Shown here in pieces: positions 38,884 through 50,159 of a DNA stretch of 64,000 bases. Source of the stretch: Candidatus Bathyarchaeota archaeon (GTDB taxonomy: Archaea; Thermoproteota; Bathyarchaeia; Bathyarchaeales; Bathycorpusculaceae); the NCBI GenBank assembly GCA_963777155.1, contig CAVZPM010000001.1, positions 172,481-236,480 of the forward strand, written 5' to 3'. Position numbers and translations under genes: made by a program. The notes under the pieces are model-generated. The model had not been told where the DNA came from and did no database searches. It was given only the letters and a program-made list of their open reading frames with translations. How positions within the stretch are numbered: the first letter of the stretch is position 1; each line of letters begins with the position of its first letter.

Positions 38884-40637
38884 TTGGCATTAGAAAACGA
38901 TTTTGAACTACGTGAGTTTATTCGAAAGACCGCCCTGCTGAACGCGGTTGGGCATGATGGAAAAGCTCAGGCAGGCGCCATGGTTGGCAAGATTCTTGGC
39001 GAGAAAGCTGAACTCCGTAGCCGCGTCAAAGAGCTCTCAGGTGTCATTAATGCAGTTGTCAATGAAGTTAACAGTTTACCGTTGGCCGAGCAGAAAGCGA
39101 TTGTGGAGAAAAATTGGCCTGAAACCCAAAAGAAAGAAAAAGCCGAAGAAAAACATCTACCGCCCCTACCCAACGCGGAAAAATACAAACAGATAGTTAC
39201 ACGGTTTTCACCAAACCCTGACTGCGTTTTACATTTGGGATCTGCAAGAGCCATACTTTTGAGCCATGAGTACGCTCGTATATACAACGGCAAATTCATC
39301 CTACGCTTCGAAGACACAGACCCAAAAATCAAAAAACCATCCCTCAAATTCTACGACAGCATCCGCCAAGACTTGAAGTGGCTTGGCTGCAAAGTCGACG
39401 AAGAATACATCCAAAGCGACCGTCTCCCCATCTACTACCAGTACACTGAGAAGCTGGTCGGCGACGGCAACGCATATGTCTGCGAATGTGTCCCTGAAGA
39501 GTTCCGCAAGACAACCCTAGCCAAACAGGCTTGTCCCTGCCGAAACCTGCCTGCCGTCCGAGCAGCTGGAGCGTTGGCATCGCATGCTAAACGGCGGCTA
39601 CCAGGAAGGACAGGCAGTGGTCCGCGTGAAGACTGACCTTGAATCATCCAAACCCGGCAATCCGTGACTGGCCAGCTCTGCGCATTATCGATACCAAAAA
39701 GTATCCGCATCCACGGGTGGGCAGCAAATACATCGTTTGGCCTCTATACAACCTTGCGGCGGGCTTAGACGACCACCTCATGGGCATGACTCACATAATC
39801 CGAGGCAAAGAACACTACACTAACATGGTCCGCCAAAAATACATGTACCAGTATCTGGGCTGGGATTACCCGGAAGCCATTCACTATGGCAGACTAAAAA
39901 TCACAGGAGCTGCCTTGAGCAAATCAAAAATCGTCGCTGGTATAAAAGAAGGCGATTATGCTGACTTTGATGACCCACGTCTGGGCACGTTCCAGGCACT
40001 TAGAAAACGCGGCATTACACCTGAAGCCATCAAAAAAATGATAGTTGATGTCGGCATAAAACCAAACGATGTAACGCTCAGCTGGGAAAACCTCTACTCT
40101 TACAACCGCAAAATCCTTGACGCCACAAGCAACCGTTACTTCTTTGTTGCGCAGCCAACAGAACTCAAAGTCACTGGGGTCCCAAAAGCTTTCCAGGTTA
40201 AGCTTCCCCTGCATTCTGAGCACCCAGAGCGTGGCTTTAGAGAGTACTCTCTTGTTCCCGATGGTGACGAGAAATCGGTGAGTTTATGGATTTCGCAGAA
40301 AGACGCTCAAACCATGGAGCATGAGCAGGCAATCAGGCTTATGGAACTCTTTAACATAAAAATCCAAAAGAAAACCGACAACTGCGTAACCGCTGTCTAC
40401 ACAAGTGAATCCTATGAAGACGTACGAAAAATCAAGGTCCAACTGATTCAGTGGATACCCAAAGGCGCCGAATATCCAACTCAAGTTATCAATCAGGACG
40501 CATCAGTCACCGAAGGATTTGCTGAATCTGACTGCAAAAAGTTAAAGCCAGACGCCATCATACAGTTTGAACGATTCGGATTCGTCCATGTAACCGAAGT
40601 TGGAGAAAAACTAGTAGTTTACTTCTCCCAAAAATAG
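38884..40637 (+). CDS. gltX: Glutamyl-tRNA synthetase (joined across two frameshifts near 39555 and 39638)
   Basis: TRFSPNPD..HLGS, LRFEDTDP; the intervening frame gives EQLERWHRM..AVVRVKTD; then HPNPAIRDW, THIIRGKEH, LSKS, QFERFGF. Confidence 0.93.
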
Positions 40638-40646
40638 GTGAAAGAT

Positions 40647-40961
40647 ATGCGTAAACTCGATAAAGCAATAATCTGGCCAGTCTACTTCGACATAAACAAG
40701 TCACGTGAAGAAGGGCGCCGTATTTCGAAAAATCAAGCAGTGGTATCTCCAAAAATCTTGGAACTAAAAGAAGCAGCAGACAAACTGGGTTTACAAAACC
40801 AGATGAATGTCGACGCCCATTTTCCGAAAACACCTTGGGTGAAGTCGGGGATGTTGCTTGTAGAGAAGAAGGAAGCTAAAGAAGCAATAATCAAAAAGTT
40901 GGCAAAACAACTATTGAAGATTAAGAGCCAGCAACAGCCAGCTAACATCAAGAAACATTAA
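40647..40961 (+). CDS. srp19: Signal recognition particle protein SRP19
   Basis: IIWPVYFD..SREEGRRISK..HFPKTPW. Confidence 0.92.
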   Translation: MRKLDKAIIWPVYFDINKSREEGRRISKNQAVVSPKILELKEAADKLGLQNQMNVDAHFPKTPWVKSGMLLVEKKEAKEAIIKKLAKQLLKIKSQQQPANIKKH

Positions 40962-40974
40962 AGGGAAAAATTTT

Positions 40975-41367
40975 TTAGGCTTTTTCTTTGGTTATAAGGA
41001 CTGCGTTGATTACGCCGTCGCTGCCGGGTCTGCTAGTAACTTTCGCTAAGCCCAATGCGGTTTCGATTTCTGCACCTTTTGTTATAACACCCCGTCGATT
41101 GTAGTCGACGTTCGCTGCGTTCTTGACAACTCGGGTGATCTCGCTTTTCTCGGTTTTGCCGCTTTTTGGGTCAGTGACAGAAGCGAATTTGTCGGTTAAG
41201 GCTTTGATTTTACCGTTTCCGCCCATGCCTCTTGTGGTCTTGCGTTTTGGCTCACCCAAAACTGTTTCTGCTGGGAACCCGCCTGCTTCATACTTTTTCT
41301 TGCTGCGGTAAGCTCTTTTTTTGCCGCCTGTAAGTTTTCTTTTGCGTAAACTGCTATGAGTAGACAT
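40975..41367 (-). CDS. rps8e: 30S ribosomal protein S8e
   Basis: RKLTGG, GMGGN, NAAN..RRGVITKGA, VTSRPG. Confidence 0.96.
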   Translation of the reverse strand: MSTHSSLRKRKLTGGKKRAYRSKKKYEAGGFPAETVLGEPKRKTTRGMGGNGKIKALTDKFASVTDPKSGKTEKSEITRVVKNAANVDYNRRGVITKGAEIETALGLAKVTSRPGSDGVINAVLITKEKA

Positions 41368-41495
41368 ATTCTACCTATCCTTAAATGCGTAGCAACTAAA
41401 ACCGATGTTTTCAATATAAATCTATCCGTTTAAGGATGCTTATTCTGTGTCTCTGTAGCCTTTTGTTTAGTAGTTTTGGAAGAAAACCTCCCAGA

Positions 41496-41520
41496 ATGAC
41501 CAACGACTTGTCGTAGTCAT
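41496..41520 (-). terminator. Hairpin 3' of scpB (terminator or processing element)
   Basis: ATGAC-CA-ACGAC..GTCGT-A-GTCAT inverted repeat 15 nt after the scpB stop. Confidence 0.3.
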
Positions 41521-41535
41521 GACAGAAGATGCAAC

Positions 41536-42198
41536 CTACCCTTGCTTAGCCGTATTATTTTGGTTTTCTTGCTCTTGTTCTTTTTGTCTTTCTGCCGCAT
41601 CCTCTTTGATGGCTTCGCCGAAGATCTTCTTGAGGTCTTTCTTTAAAACTATGGTATCTGTCGTCAAACCAAAATAGTCCGCAAAGTAATCCGTTGTTTT
41701 CAGCGCCAAAGATCGCCCGGCACGTTCCGACAAAATCAACCCCATATCCTTAAGCAGTTTGACGTGTCCGTAGGCGTGTTGTCCGCGGACTTCGATGACT
41801 CTTTTCTGAGAAATGGGTTGGCGGTAAGCTATGTAGGAGAGCGTTTTTAGTGGACCCGAAGAAAGGAGTGGGCGGTTGACTAGTTTCTTGATAAGGGGCG
41901 TAAACTCTGCTTTCACTTGCAGAACATAACGTTCATCTTTTAACGCCAAAATTTCCAGAGCTTTGCTACGCGTCTTGAATTCTTCAATGAGCGCATCTAA
42001 ATATATTTGAGTCCTTTTCTTGGATCGGCTCCCAACCACTTGGCATAGTTCGTTTAGGTCAAGGGGGCGACCAGCCACGTAGAGCGCAGCTTCTAACAAT
42101 GCTAAATGATGTGCTTTTCGCTCATTTTCATGTGCTGCCTCAACCTCAGGATTCGAAGTTGGGCTCGGTTCAACTACTGGCTTTTTCGGGTTTTCCAA
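41536..42198 (-). CDS. scpB: Segregation/condensation protein ScpB
   Basis: LEAALYVAG, LKTLSYIAYRQPI, TTDYFADYFG. Confidence 0.93.
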   Translation of the reverse strand: MENPKKPVVEPSPTSNPEVEAAHENERKAHHLALLEAALYVAGRPLDLNELCQVVGSRSKKRTQIYLDALIEEFKTRSKALEILALKDERYVLQVKAEFTPLIKKLVNRPLLSSGPLKTLSYIAYRQPISQKRVIEVRGQHAYGHVKLLKDMGLILSERAGRSLALKTTDYFADYFGLTTDTIVLKKDLKKIFGEAIKEDAAERQKEQEQENQNNTAKQG

Positions 42199-42892
42199 CG
42201 TTTAGTTTCCCCACAGCTATGTAGAGTTCCTCTGTTTCCTCATTTTGCCACAGGCTAACTAGGCCATCCTGCGCAAGGAACAAGAGATAGATAAACATTC
42301 TGAGCGCTTCGATGCGGGTTGCGCCCTTAGAGAGGGTTGTGAAGTCGATGATTCCTTGACCGCTTGTCTTCTCGACGAGCAACGCATATAACTTATCAAC
42401 TTGGAACTCGAGTTCAGCAATGAATTTGTCAAATTTCGGAAGCAAATCCGTTACTGCCGGCAAGACAGGGTGCTGCTCAATCACGTGGTTTAGCGCAAGC
42501 AGTTTTTCGCCTTTTAGAACATCGTCTAAGACTTCAAGAAGGTGATGAATGGTCGTAGATGTCAACTCGTGGCGCAGAGGTAGGAATAGGGGTGGTGGAA
42601 CAAAGTCTGTCGGCACCTTCGGTAGCACTGGTGGCGGCTCCTGCAACGTGAGTAGAAGCTTTGACTTCATAAGGTAGATTAATGCGGAAGAATCCAAGGC
42701 AACGCCGGAAGCCCGGAAATCGACCTTGTCGGGTGCAGACTTCTCCATCTCCAATAGAAAGGATCTAAGCAGGTAGGCTATGTTAACGTTCCACGGGGTG
42801 AGTTTTTCTAGTTTGCTGAGTTCAAACAGGATGTTCCAGGGCGGACGCAGATAGAATGGTCGTCTCATCGGAGCCGTGGAGGTGGTCGCCAT
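42170..42892 (-). CDS. scpA: Kleisin ScpA
   Basis: PWNVNIAYL, SGVALDSSA..MKS, FIYLLFLAQDG.V.L.Q; between smc and scpB. Confidence 0.88.
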   Translation of the reverse strand: MATTSTAPMRRPFYLRPPWNILFELSKLEKLTPWNVNIAYLLRSFLLEMEKSAPDKVDFRASGVALDSSALIYLMKSKLLLTLQEPPPVLPKVPTDFVPPPLFLPLRHELTSTTIHHLLEVLDDVLKGEKLLALNHVIEQHPVLPAVTDLLPKFDKFIAELEFQVDKLYALLVEKTSGQGIIDFTTLSKGATRIEALRMFIYLLFLAQDGLVSLWQNEETEELYIAVGKLNVGKPEKASS

Positions 42893-45800
42893 CTAGTTTG
42901 GTGCCTCCTGCGGAAACTTTGCCGTCACCACGTTTGAGATTCCATTGCGTTCGTAAACGCCATAGACTTTCTGAGCTTTGTTAACCATTTCTGGTCGTAG
43001 GCTGATTACTATGAATTGGATCTTTCCTGCTTCTTCCAGAAGTACTTCTGCTAGTTTTGCAGTGTGGTAAGCGTCTAAGTGAGCATCGACTTCGTCAAGG
43101 ATGTAGAAGGATGCAGGCGAGAACTCTTTAAGGGAGAATATGAATGCGACTGCTGAGACGGATCGTTCGCCGCCGCTTGCTCCACTGACAACGATCGATG
43201 GTTTGTTCGGGAACTGAACTACCATGTCTATGCCGCCGGAGAATGGTTCCTCAGGGTTTTCAAGCTTTAATGTTGCTTCTCCGCCTCCTGTGAGCTTAGC
43301 AAAGTAAACGTTGAGGCTTATGTTGATTTTATCAAACGCATTCATGAAAACCTTGACGTTTCTTGGCTTCTATTTCATCCATGAACGCTACAATGGCTTG
43401 TTTTTCCCGCTCCAGCTCGTTTAGGCGCACAGACAGTTCTCGGTAACGTGAAATCTGGTCAGAATAATGCTGGGCAGCCAGTTGGTTAATGGCGCCGATA
43501 CGTTCCATTTCAAACTGCATCATACGGATGGTGGTTTCTGCTTCCTGAACCTGCCTTGGGTTTGTTTCCAGGGCCTGTTCGTAGCCGAACTGTTTAAGTT
43601 GCCCTTGAAGGTTCTGCAGCCTCATCTGGGTAGTTTCTATGCCCAGATTAAGTTGGTTTAGAAGTCGATCTGCTTGCTCGTATTCTGTATCTAGAAGTCG
43701 CAGTTCCCCATCGATTGAATCGATTTGGGAGGTAAATTTTTTGGATTCCTCTCGCGCGGATAACACAGCTTTGGAGAGTTCCACTCGACTCTTCTCCAGT
43801 TCGTCTGTTTCTTTCTTGATTGTATCGCGTTCAATTAGTGCGTCGGCAACTTCTTTCTCAAGCTTGCCCTTTTGTTGATCCATCCTTGAAAGCTGAATTT
43901 TTGTGTTCTTGTAGCTTATTCGCAGAACCCTGTCGAACTGTGATTGGTGAGTAGAAATTTCTGTTTGTATGGAACCGATTCGTTGTCTTAGAGTGTTGGC
44001 TTCTTCGCCTATTTTTTCTCTTTGAACTTCAAGCTCCTGAATGTGTGCTACGTCGGTTTTTAGTCTGAGGTTTGCGATGTCGGTATGGATTTTTTTGAGG
44101 TTGCCCTGGATGCAGTTGCGTTCGTTTCGGAACATGGCCATGCGGCCTTTGTAGGCGGCTGCTTCACGTTCAAGTTTGCCGCCGTACTTGTCGATGTGAC
44201 GAATGTTGAATTGGGTTCTCTTAACTCCTCGTCTTACTCTGATTATTTCCCTGTCTAGGGTGGCGATGGAGTCGGAGAGTCGCGTAATTTCAATTTTGGC
44301 GTGTTCGAGTTCCTCTTCGATGTCCACGATGTCGGTGCCGCGTTGCGTAAGGTGGGTCTGGAGTGCTTTGACTGCTTCGTCGAGGCTTTTTAATGCTCCC
44401 TCGCTTGGGATTATCGTTGAGAAGTCGATTGGTGCACGGTAGTAGCCGCTTTCAAATGCGCCTGGCTCGTAAAGGTCGCCGTTGACTGTGACTGCGCGGT
44501 AGCCTTCGTTTGATAGGGCAAAAGCAGTTTTGTCGTTTGAGGCAACGATGGTATCTCCGAAAACATAGTTAACTGCCAATTCAAAGTTGCCATCATACTT
44601 CATGAAGCTGGAGAGGGATCCCATAATGCCTTCCCGTTTTGGCGGCACCTTCTTTTTTACAGTGATGGCGCCTTGGAGAGGAATAATCTTGATTCTTCCA
44701 AGCTTCATGCGTCTTAGAGTCTCAAAACAGGTAAAAGCAATATCTATGTCTTTTACGACCAATGCATCCAGCCATCCTGTTGCTGCTGCTTCGATGGCTT
44801 TCTTGAAGCTCTTGTCAATCTTTATCAGGTTACGGAGTCTGCCATGAATACCAGAGATTGCTCCTACCTCGCTCATTTCCTCGATACCTCGCAGGGCTTT
44901 CTCCTCGGCGGCGATTGTTGCTGCAAGGTCTCTTTGAGTGGCAAACTCTATAACGGCGTCTTTTGCGGAGCTAGCGATTTTTTCAGCTTCAGCGATTTCT
45001 CTTTGAACGGTTTCTTTTTGGAGTTTCTTGCGTTCGATGGTGTTTTCAAGGTTTTTAAGTTGGGTTTTTTGGTCACGTTGCACTTGTTCAAGTTCGGATA
45101 GTGATTTTTCTATTTCAACTTGGCTTGTTTGGAACTTCTCTTTCCGCACATTTAGGTTTTTTAACCTTCCAGTGCAGAGGCGCAATGCTGCTTTGTCCTG
45201 TTTGTATTCAGAACGCAGATACGCTAGTCGTTTGAGGTGTTCTTGAGTCTGGTTGTCTAAGGCGCGGATTTGCTGGTTGTTGCCATCTAGTCCTTCCCAA
45301 AGCTGAGCGGTTTCCTTTGCCAACGTTTCATGCGCGGCTTGTTTTTCTGCAAGCAAAACTCTAAGTTTTTCGTGTTCACTGCGGAATGAGCGGATTCTAA
45401 GGCGGTTTTCCCTAATTTCCTTCTGCAATGTGTCATGTTGGGTTAGGTTATTTTCTCTTACCCGTTTGAAGCTTTCAAGGCTAGCTTGTCCCGAACTGAT
45501 CTTTGTTGCCAGCTCAGTCAGCTTGGATTTTAACTCGCCAACTTTTATCTGGACTTTGAGAACCTCGGAGCCGCCTTGTTCTAAGCCTTCTCCGCTGAGT
45601 TTTCTCCATTCACCCTCGATTTCGTGGCGTTTGCCTCTGCGTAGATCCCTTTGCTCTTTTAGTTTGTCAACTCTTTCTTTGACTTTTAGAGTTTGAGACT
45701 TATTCTCGGCTATTCTTATGTTCAATTGGGAGATGTCGTTTGAGACTTTGACTGCTTGAAACTTTTTGGTTTCAGTTTGGATAAAGTTGTAGCGTAAAAG

Positions 45801-46445
45801 CTGATTGCGTTCCCGTTCAAGGTCGTCGAGACGTTTTTGCACCTCATCGATTCTGCCCATGGCAGTGCGAATAGATATGTCGGCGGCTCGCAGTTTCTCT
45901 TCCGCCTCAGTCTTTTCAGAATCGTATTGGGCTATACCGATAAGATCCTCAATGATTCTTCTTCTTTCAACTGAGGTTAAGTCCGTTAGCCTCGTGATTG
46001 TGCCTTGCGGGATGATGTTTTGGCTCATGCTACTGATTGCAGCCATAGAGAGAGTTTCCGTTATGTGGGTACGGGACATTCTGCGTCCGTTTAACCGGTA
46101 AACGCTTTGTCCGTTGCGGTATACTTCTCTTGAGATTGTTACCGTTGTGGTGTCTACGGGCATTGTGCCATCAGTGTTGTCAAATTGGACAACTACTTTT
46201 GCCATTTTGGCTTTTTCTTGCCCTGCCTTCTCGGAACCGTGAAAAATTAGTTTAGCAGAGTTTTCTGCACGGAGCCTTTTTGTGCTGAGTTCACCAAGGG
46301 CGAAAAGTAGGGCGTCCATGATGTTGGTTTTGCCGCTTCCGTTGGGGCCTGTTATGGCTGTGAATCCCTTGTCTAAGTTAACCTTGACTGTTTGTGGTCC
46401 AAAAGACTTAAAGCCTTTTAACTCGATTTTTTTTATGTAGGGCAT
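42893..46445 (-). CDS. smc: Chromosome segregation protein SMC (joined across a frameshift near 43351)
   Basis: GFKSF, GPNGSGKTN Walker A, hinge GIHGRL..NGDLYEPG..SGY; the C-terminal fragment carries SGGERS and LDEVDAHLD. Confidence 0.95.
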
Positions 46446-46662
46446 TTAGTCTTTATCCTCTCGGAAGCACGCGTTTTCTTTTTAACATCTCTCATCAACA
46501 TATCTATAAAAGCTTATACCATCGCTACACGTTTACACGGCTATTTTTTGACGATTTGGTAACCTTAACTTCAGTCTATTTTTTCTAAATATTTTTTATT
46601 TGTAGTCAATCGACTTTGAATTGAGTTTTTTATGCAGAAAATTAATATGGCACGCTTAGTCC

Positions 46663-46902
46663 ATGAGCATGGAAAGTGGTGAGGTAAAATTGAGTTTAGG
46701 AAACCTGAAGGTTTTTAGCGGGATTCAAGAAGCTCTTATTTTGGCGCTGATGCTGGTTTCGATGTTCGTTCTATTCTACGTTGATATCGACTGGATATTT
46801 AAGATAGGTATTGCAGTGATAGTTTTCGCAATAATTTTCTTGGCTACTTTGGCCGCTGCGCTTCTGCGGCAGCAAAGAGAACTCAAACAAGCCCAAGCTT
46901 AA
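46663..46902 (+). CDS. Small two-TM membrane protein
   Basis: Two hydrophobic segments and a polar tail; TATA-like box upstream. Confidence 0.6.
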   Translation: MSMESGEVKLSLGNLKVFSGIQEALILALMLVSMFVLFYVDIDWIFKIGIAVIVFAIIFLATLAAALLRQQRELKQAQA

Positions 46903-47116
46903 CCAAGTAGTGTGTCATTTTCACTTTACTCTCCTCTGCTCCGCCAAGTTGTTTTGTTGATAATTTAAAATGGGTTTAGACACGTAATTGGCTTCATGCA
47001 AGGAAGATAAAAGCATGGTGCTTCAGAACTTAATAACTAAATCTGCAATAGCTCGTTATGTTTCAGTAAGCAAAAACACAAATAACCTCTAGACATTCCT
47101 TTCTTGAGATACTTCC

Positions 47117-47644
47117 ATGATTGAAGGCTTCAACCTGATAGCTACAACTTCTCGGGGAAACGAACGCCCCATGATTAACGAAATCCTATTCCTACTCAAA
47201 GACGAGTTAGGCGACATAGGGGCGCAAGCTGTCAAAACCAAAATCCGAGGCTTAATCGTCGCCAAAACAACATTTGACCCCTGTTTTGCAGTTGAAAAAT
47301 TCCGCAAAATCCTCACTGAACGCCCCTATGAGTTCCGATATGCACTAAGAATATTACCTATCCAAAAGGTTGTGCCGACGGAATTGGCGGAAATAAAGAA
47401 AGCTGCCGCAGAACTAGCCGCAAAAATTGGTGAAACCGAAACCTTTAGGGTTACAGTTGAAAAACGTTTCACCTCCCTACATACAAAAGACCTTATTGAG
47501 GCGGCAGTGGGAGACATCAAACAGAAAGCAGACCTTGAAAACCCAAATAAAATCTTGCTCATCGAGGTTTTAGGCGCATTGACGGGTTTGTCTTTGTTGG
47601 AACCCATCGATGTTTTGGCGGTAATTAAAGAAAAAATGCTTTAA
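47117..47644 (+). CDS. THUMP-domain RNA-binding protein
   Basis: LRILPIQKVV, TFRVTVEKR, ADLENPNKILLIEVLG. Confidence 0.9.
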   Translation: MIEGFNLIATTSRGNERPMINEILFLLKDELGDIGAQAVKTKIRGLIVAKTTFDPCFAVEKFRKILTERPYEFRYALRILPIQKVVPTELAEIKKAAAELAAKIGETETFRVTVEKRFTSLHTKDLIEAAVGDIKQKADLENPNKILLIEVLGALTGLSLLEPIDVLAVIKEKML

Positions 47645-48208
47645 CTAAAACTGGGTAGACAGCAGAGAAACACGCTCAATTACCAAGTTTGCAATTGCCT
47701 TTTCTTTAGGCTCTTTTTTCTGGGTTTTGAGCTCTTCCTTGGTTATCTCGAAGGCTTTTATGATTCTTATCATCTTGCTTTTTGTCAAGTCAAGAACAGT
47801 CTCGTCGGGATCGCTGCCAATGCATTCTGACATAGCTTCAAGGGTTTTTCTTATTTGTCCTGGGTCGTCACCGATGATGGCTACAGCCATGTTTTTGGTT
47901 TTAGGTTTTATTCCACAGCATTCGATGGCTTTCTGTATTTGACGTTGTGCTGAAGCATAAAGTAGGGTCTCCATAGCTGGGCTTTTTGAGTGGTTGGTTT
48001 TGTTCTTGAAGGCTTGCAGGGCGTTTAGTACGGCAAAGTAGAGGTGTTCTCTTGTGGCGATTAGGTCGGCATCAAAAAACTGGATGTTCACTGTTTGCCC
48101 TGTTTGCTTGCGATTAGACTTAAGGAAGGTTTCTGCCTTATCGAATGCTATCCCCCTATAGCCGGTTATTTCCATGTATTGCCCATATTCTTTTAAGTAC
48201 TGTAACAT
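47645..48208 (-). CDS. cgi121: KEOPS complex subunit Cgi121
   Basis: QFFDADLIA..HL.FA..NA, ETLLYASAQRQI..AI..CG, ERVSLL. Confidence 0.88.
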   Translation of the reverse strand: MLQYLKEYGQYMEITGYRGIAFDKAETFLKSNRKQTGQTVNIQFFDADLIATREHLYFAVLNALQAFKNKTNHSKSPAMETLLYASAQRQIQKAIECCGIKPKTKNMAVAIIGDDPGQIRKTLEAMSECIGSDPDETVLDLTKSKMIRIIKAFEITKEELKTQKKEPKEKAIANLVIERVSLLSTQF

Positions 48209-48209
48209 G

Positions 48210-48800
48210 TTAGGCTTCCTTCTGCATGTCTTTTAGGAGTCTTTCCGCTAAAAGTTTCGGCAAACCTGCTTTTACCAGTTTTGAAACTTCCTGAGTCAAC
48301 ACACGTTTACCCAGTTGGTGTTGAATTATCTTTCTTAGGGTTTCTTTGGTGTCCCAGGGGAACACAACCCACGCAGAAGTTCGTTTCTCGTAAAAGTCTG
48401 GGGTCGTTATTGATTGAGGTTTTAGGTACAGTGTGGCTGTTTTGGTTTCGAGGGCATCTTGCTGGTGTAGATATGTTTGAGCGAGCTTTAGACTTTCGCC
48501 ACTGTCGGCTATGTCGTCGACCAACAGCACTTTTTTGCCTTCGATGGGTACGGTTAAGGCTTGTTTTAGGATCGGTTCTAGGGCTGGTTGGGCTATGTTT
48601 TGGTAGAAGGATATCTGAATAGTGACGAGCTCTGGGATTTCCAGTAGGTCAGTTAGGATGCGGGCTGGAACTAGGCCGCCTCTTGCGACGCCTACAACGA
48701 TGTCGGCTCTGAAGTTTTGAGCCGAGATTTTCTGGGCTTGGCTAAGAAGCATGTCGTAGATTTGGCTCCATGTTGGAACTTCGTAGTCGATACCTGCCAA
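48210..48800 (-). CDS. Type I phosphoribosyltransferase (purine PRT-like)
   Basis: VGVARGGLVPA, VLLVDDIADSGESL, WVVFPW. Confidence 0.9.
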   Translation of the reverse strand: MAGIDYEVPTWSQIYDMLLSQAQKISAQNFRADIVVGVARGGLVPARILTDLLEIPELVTIQISFYQNIAQPALEPILKQALTVPIEGKKVLLVDDIADSGESLKLAQTYLHQQDALETKTATLYLKPQSITTPDFYEKRTSAWVVFPWDTKETLRKIIQHQLGKRVLTQEVSKLVKAGLPKLLAERLLKDMQKEA

Positions 48801-49125
48801 CGTCTTTCCTTCTGTTTGAGAAGTATGCGATTCCTGGTTCTGTTAAGCCTTTCTATGGCGCGAAATTTTTTCATGCAATTTAAATTCAACATATTTTTTT
48901 CCATTTAGCTATTTGGTGGTTTTTTGTGCATCCTATTCTATGTTTACGTGGGGTTTTGTTGTTGCTTGATTTGGTTTTGCTTGCTTGGTTGCATATTTAT
49001 TAAGGTGGACTTGCAATTTGATATTCGGGAGATAGGCGTCTGGAGATATGTGTCGCATTTCGTAATATAGTTTAAATGCTTTGACGTCTTTTCCAATAAC
49101 TAATAAACGAAAGGAGACTTGAAAA

Positions 49126-49461
49126 ATGGTGAAGAATGTGGAAGAAGAAAAGATAAAGCGCGTGCTAACAGAGCCCAAGTTGGCTGCTATAAAAACTATG
49201 CTCGAAAAAGATCACGCTATTGACTGCCTACTGTTGCTCCATACAGGACGCGGCAAATGGAAAGATGCTAAAGACTTCATGAAAGACAACAACTTAACGC
49301 TTAGCGACGGAACCTTTAGGGCTAGAATGATTGAGATCGAATCCCTGGGTTTAGCTAAAAGTGAACGTATCGATCCACTCAAGAAGTATTATGTTAAGAC
49401 TGTTCTTGGGGAAAAAGTAGCACAGCTTCTTCTCGGCTTCTTTGACGAGCTTGGGGCTTAG
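49126..49461 (+). CDS. Winged-helix transcriptional regulator (HxlR-like)
   Basis: LSDGTFRARMIEIESLGL..YVKTVLGEKV wHTH pattern. Confidence 0.65.
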   Translation: MVKNVEEEKIKRVLTEPKLAAIKTMLEKDHAIDCLLLLHTGRGKWKDAKDFMKDNNLTLSDGTFRARMIEIESLGLAKSERIDPLKKYYVKTVLGEKVAQLLLGFFDELGA

Positions 49462-49629
49462 CATTTTTATTTTCGGATGGCCTCTGCCGTTTTCTTTCCT
49501 TTTTTGGTTTTTTAATTCTTTCTTGTAGATTTGTTCTACACTGTAATAATAGTGTTTAGTAAGACGTAATACTTAAAAGGCTGAATTCGACGATAAGTAT
49601 AACAAACCAACAAGAAGGAAAAAAAGAAA

Positions 49630-50058
49630 ATGAATACATATCTAAGAAAAATAAAGAAGAACTCGAAAGCTCTTAGTCCAGTTATTGCATCCATTATCCT
49701 CATCGCTGTCACAGTCGCAGTCAGCGTCGTCGTCGCAGCATGGATGGGTGGAATGACCATTGGACTTATGGGAAATGCAGAGCAGGCATCGATTGCAAAC
49801 ATTGCATTTACGGGAACCAATAACATAGACGTTTTGGTTCAAAACTCGGGCAGCACAACTGTAAACATTACACAGGCATATGTCAATGGAGTAGGTGCAA
49901 CTATAACCAATGCAGCTCCGTGGTCAGTGGATAAATCTGGCGCTACAACATTTCACGTGACTTCACCATCTGATTTAGCTGCAGGCACATCATATCAAAT
50001 CAAATTCATCACTGCAAAAGGCACCCAAATTCAAAACTCAGCAGTATACAACCCATAA
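49630..50058 (+). CDS. Archaeal type IV pilin/archaellin-like protein
   Basis: Class III signal peptide RKIKKNSKA/LSPVIASIILIAVTVAV; beta-rich domain with NSGS..ITQAYVNG. Confidence 0.88.
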   Translation: MNTYLRKIKKNSKALSPVIASIILIAVTVAVSVVVAAWMGGMTIGLMGNAEQASIANIAFTGTNNIDVLVQNSGSTTVNITQAYVNGVGATITNAAPWSVDKSGATTFHVTSPSDLAAGTSYQIKFITAKGTQIQNSAVYNP

Positions 50059-50095
50059 ATTCCTTTCTTTGGAACTTAAAGACTTTCGGGGGTAA

Positions 50096-50135
50096 GGTGA
50101 AGCAAGCATTCACCCAATTTTCCTTTTCTCTTTTA
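50096..50135 (+). terminator. Hairpin plus pyrimidine tract after the pilin gene
   Basis: GGTGAA-GCAAGCA-TTCACC followed by TTTTCCTTTTCTCTTTT. Confidence 0.45.
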
Positions 50136-50159
50136 AAAAAAATGTTGGAGTCATAAATC

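Noticed and set aside
39540-39645. Programmed frameshifting or genuinely split gltX (likewise smc, nac, ilvE)
   Set aside because: No common slippery sequence; the same +1 bias across unrelated genes is better explained by sequencing error
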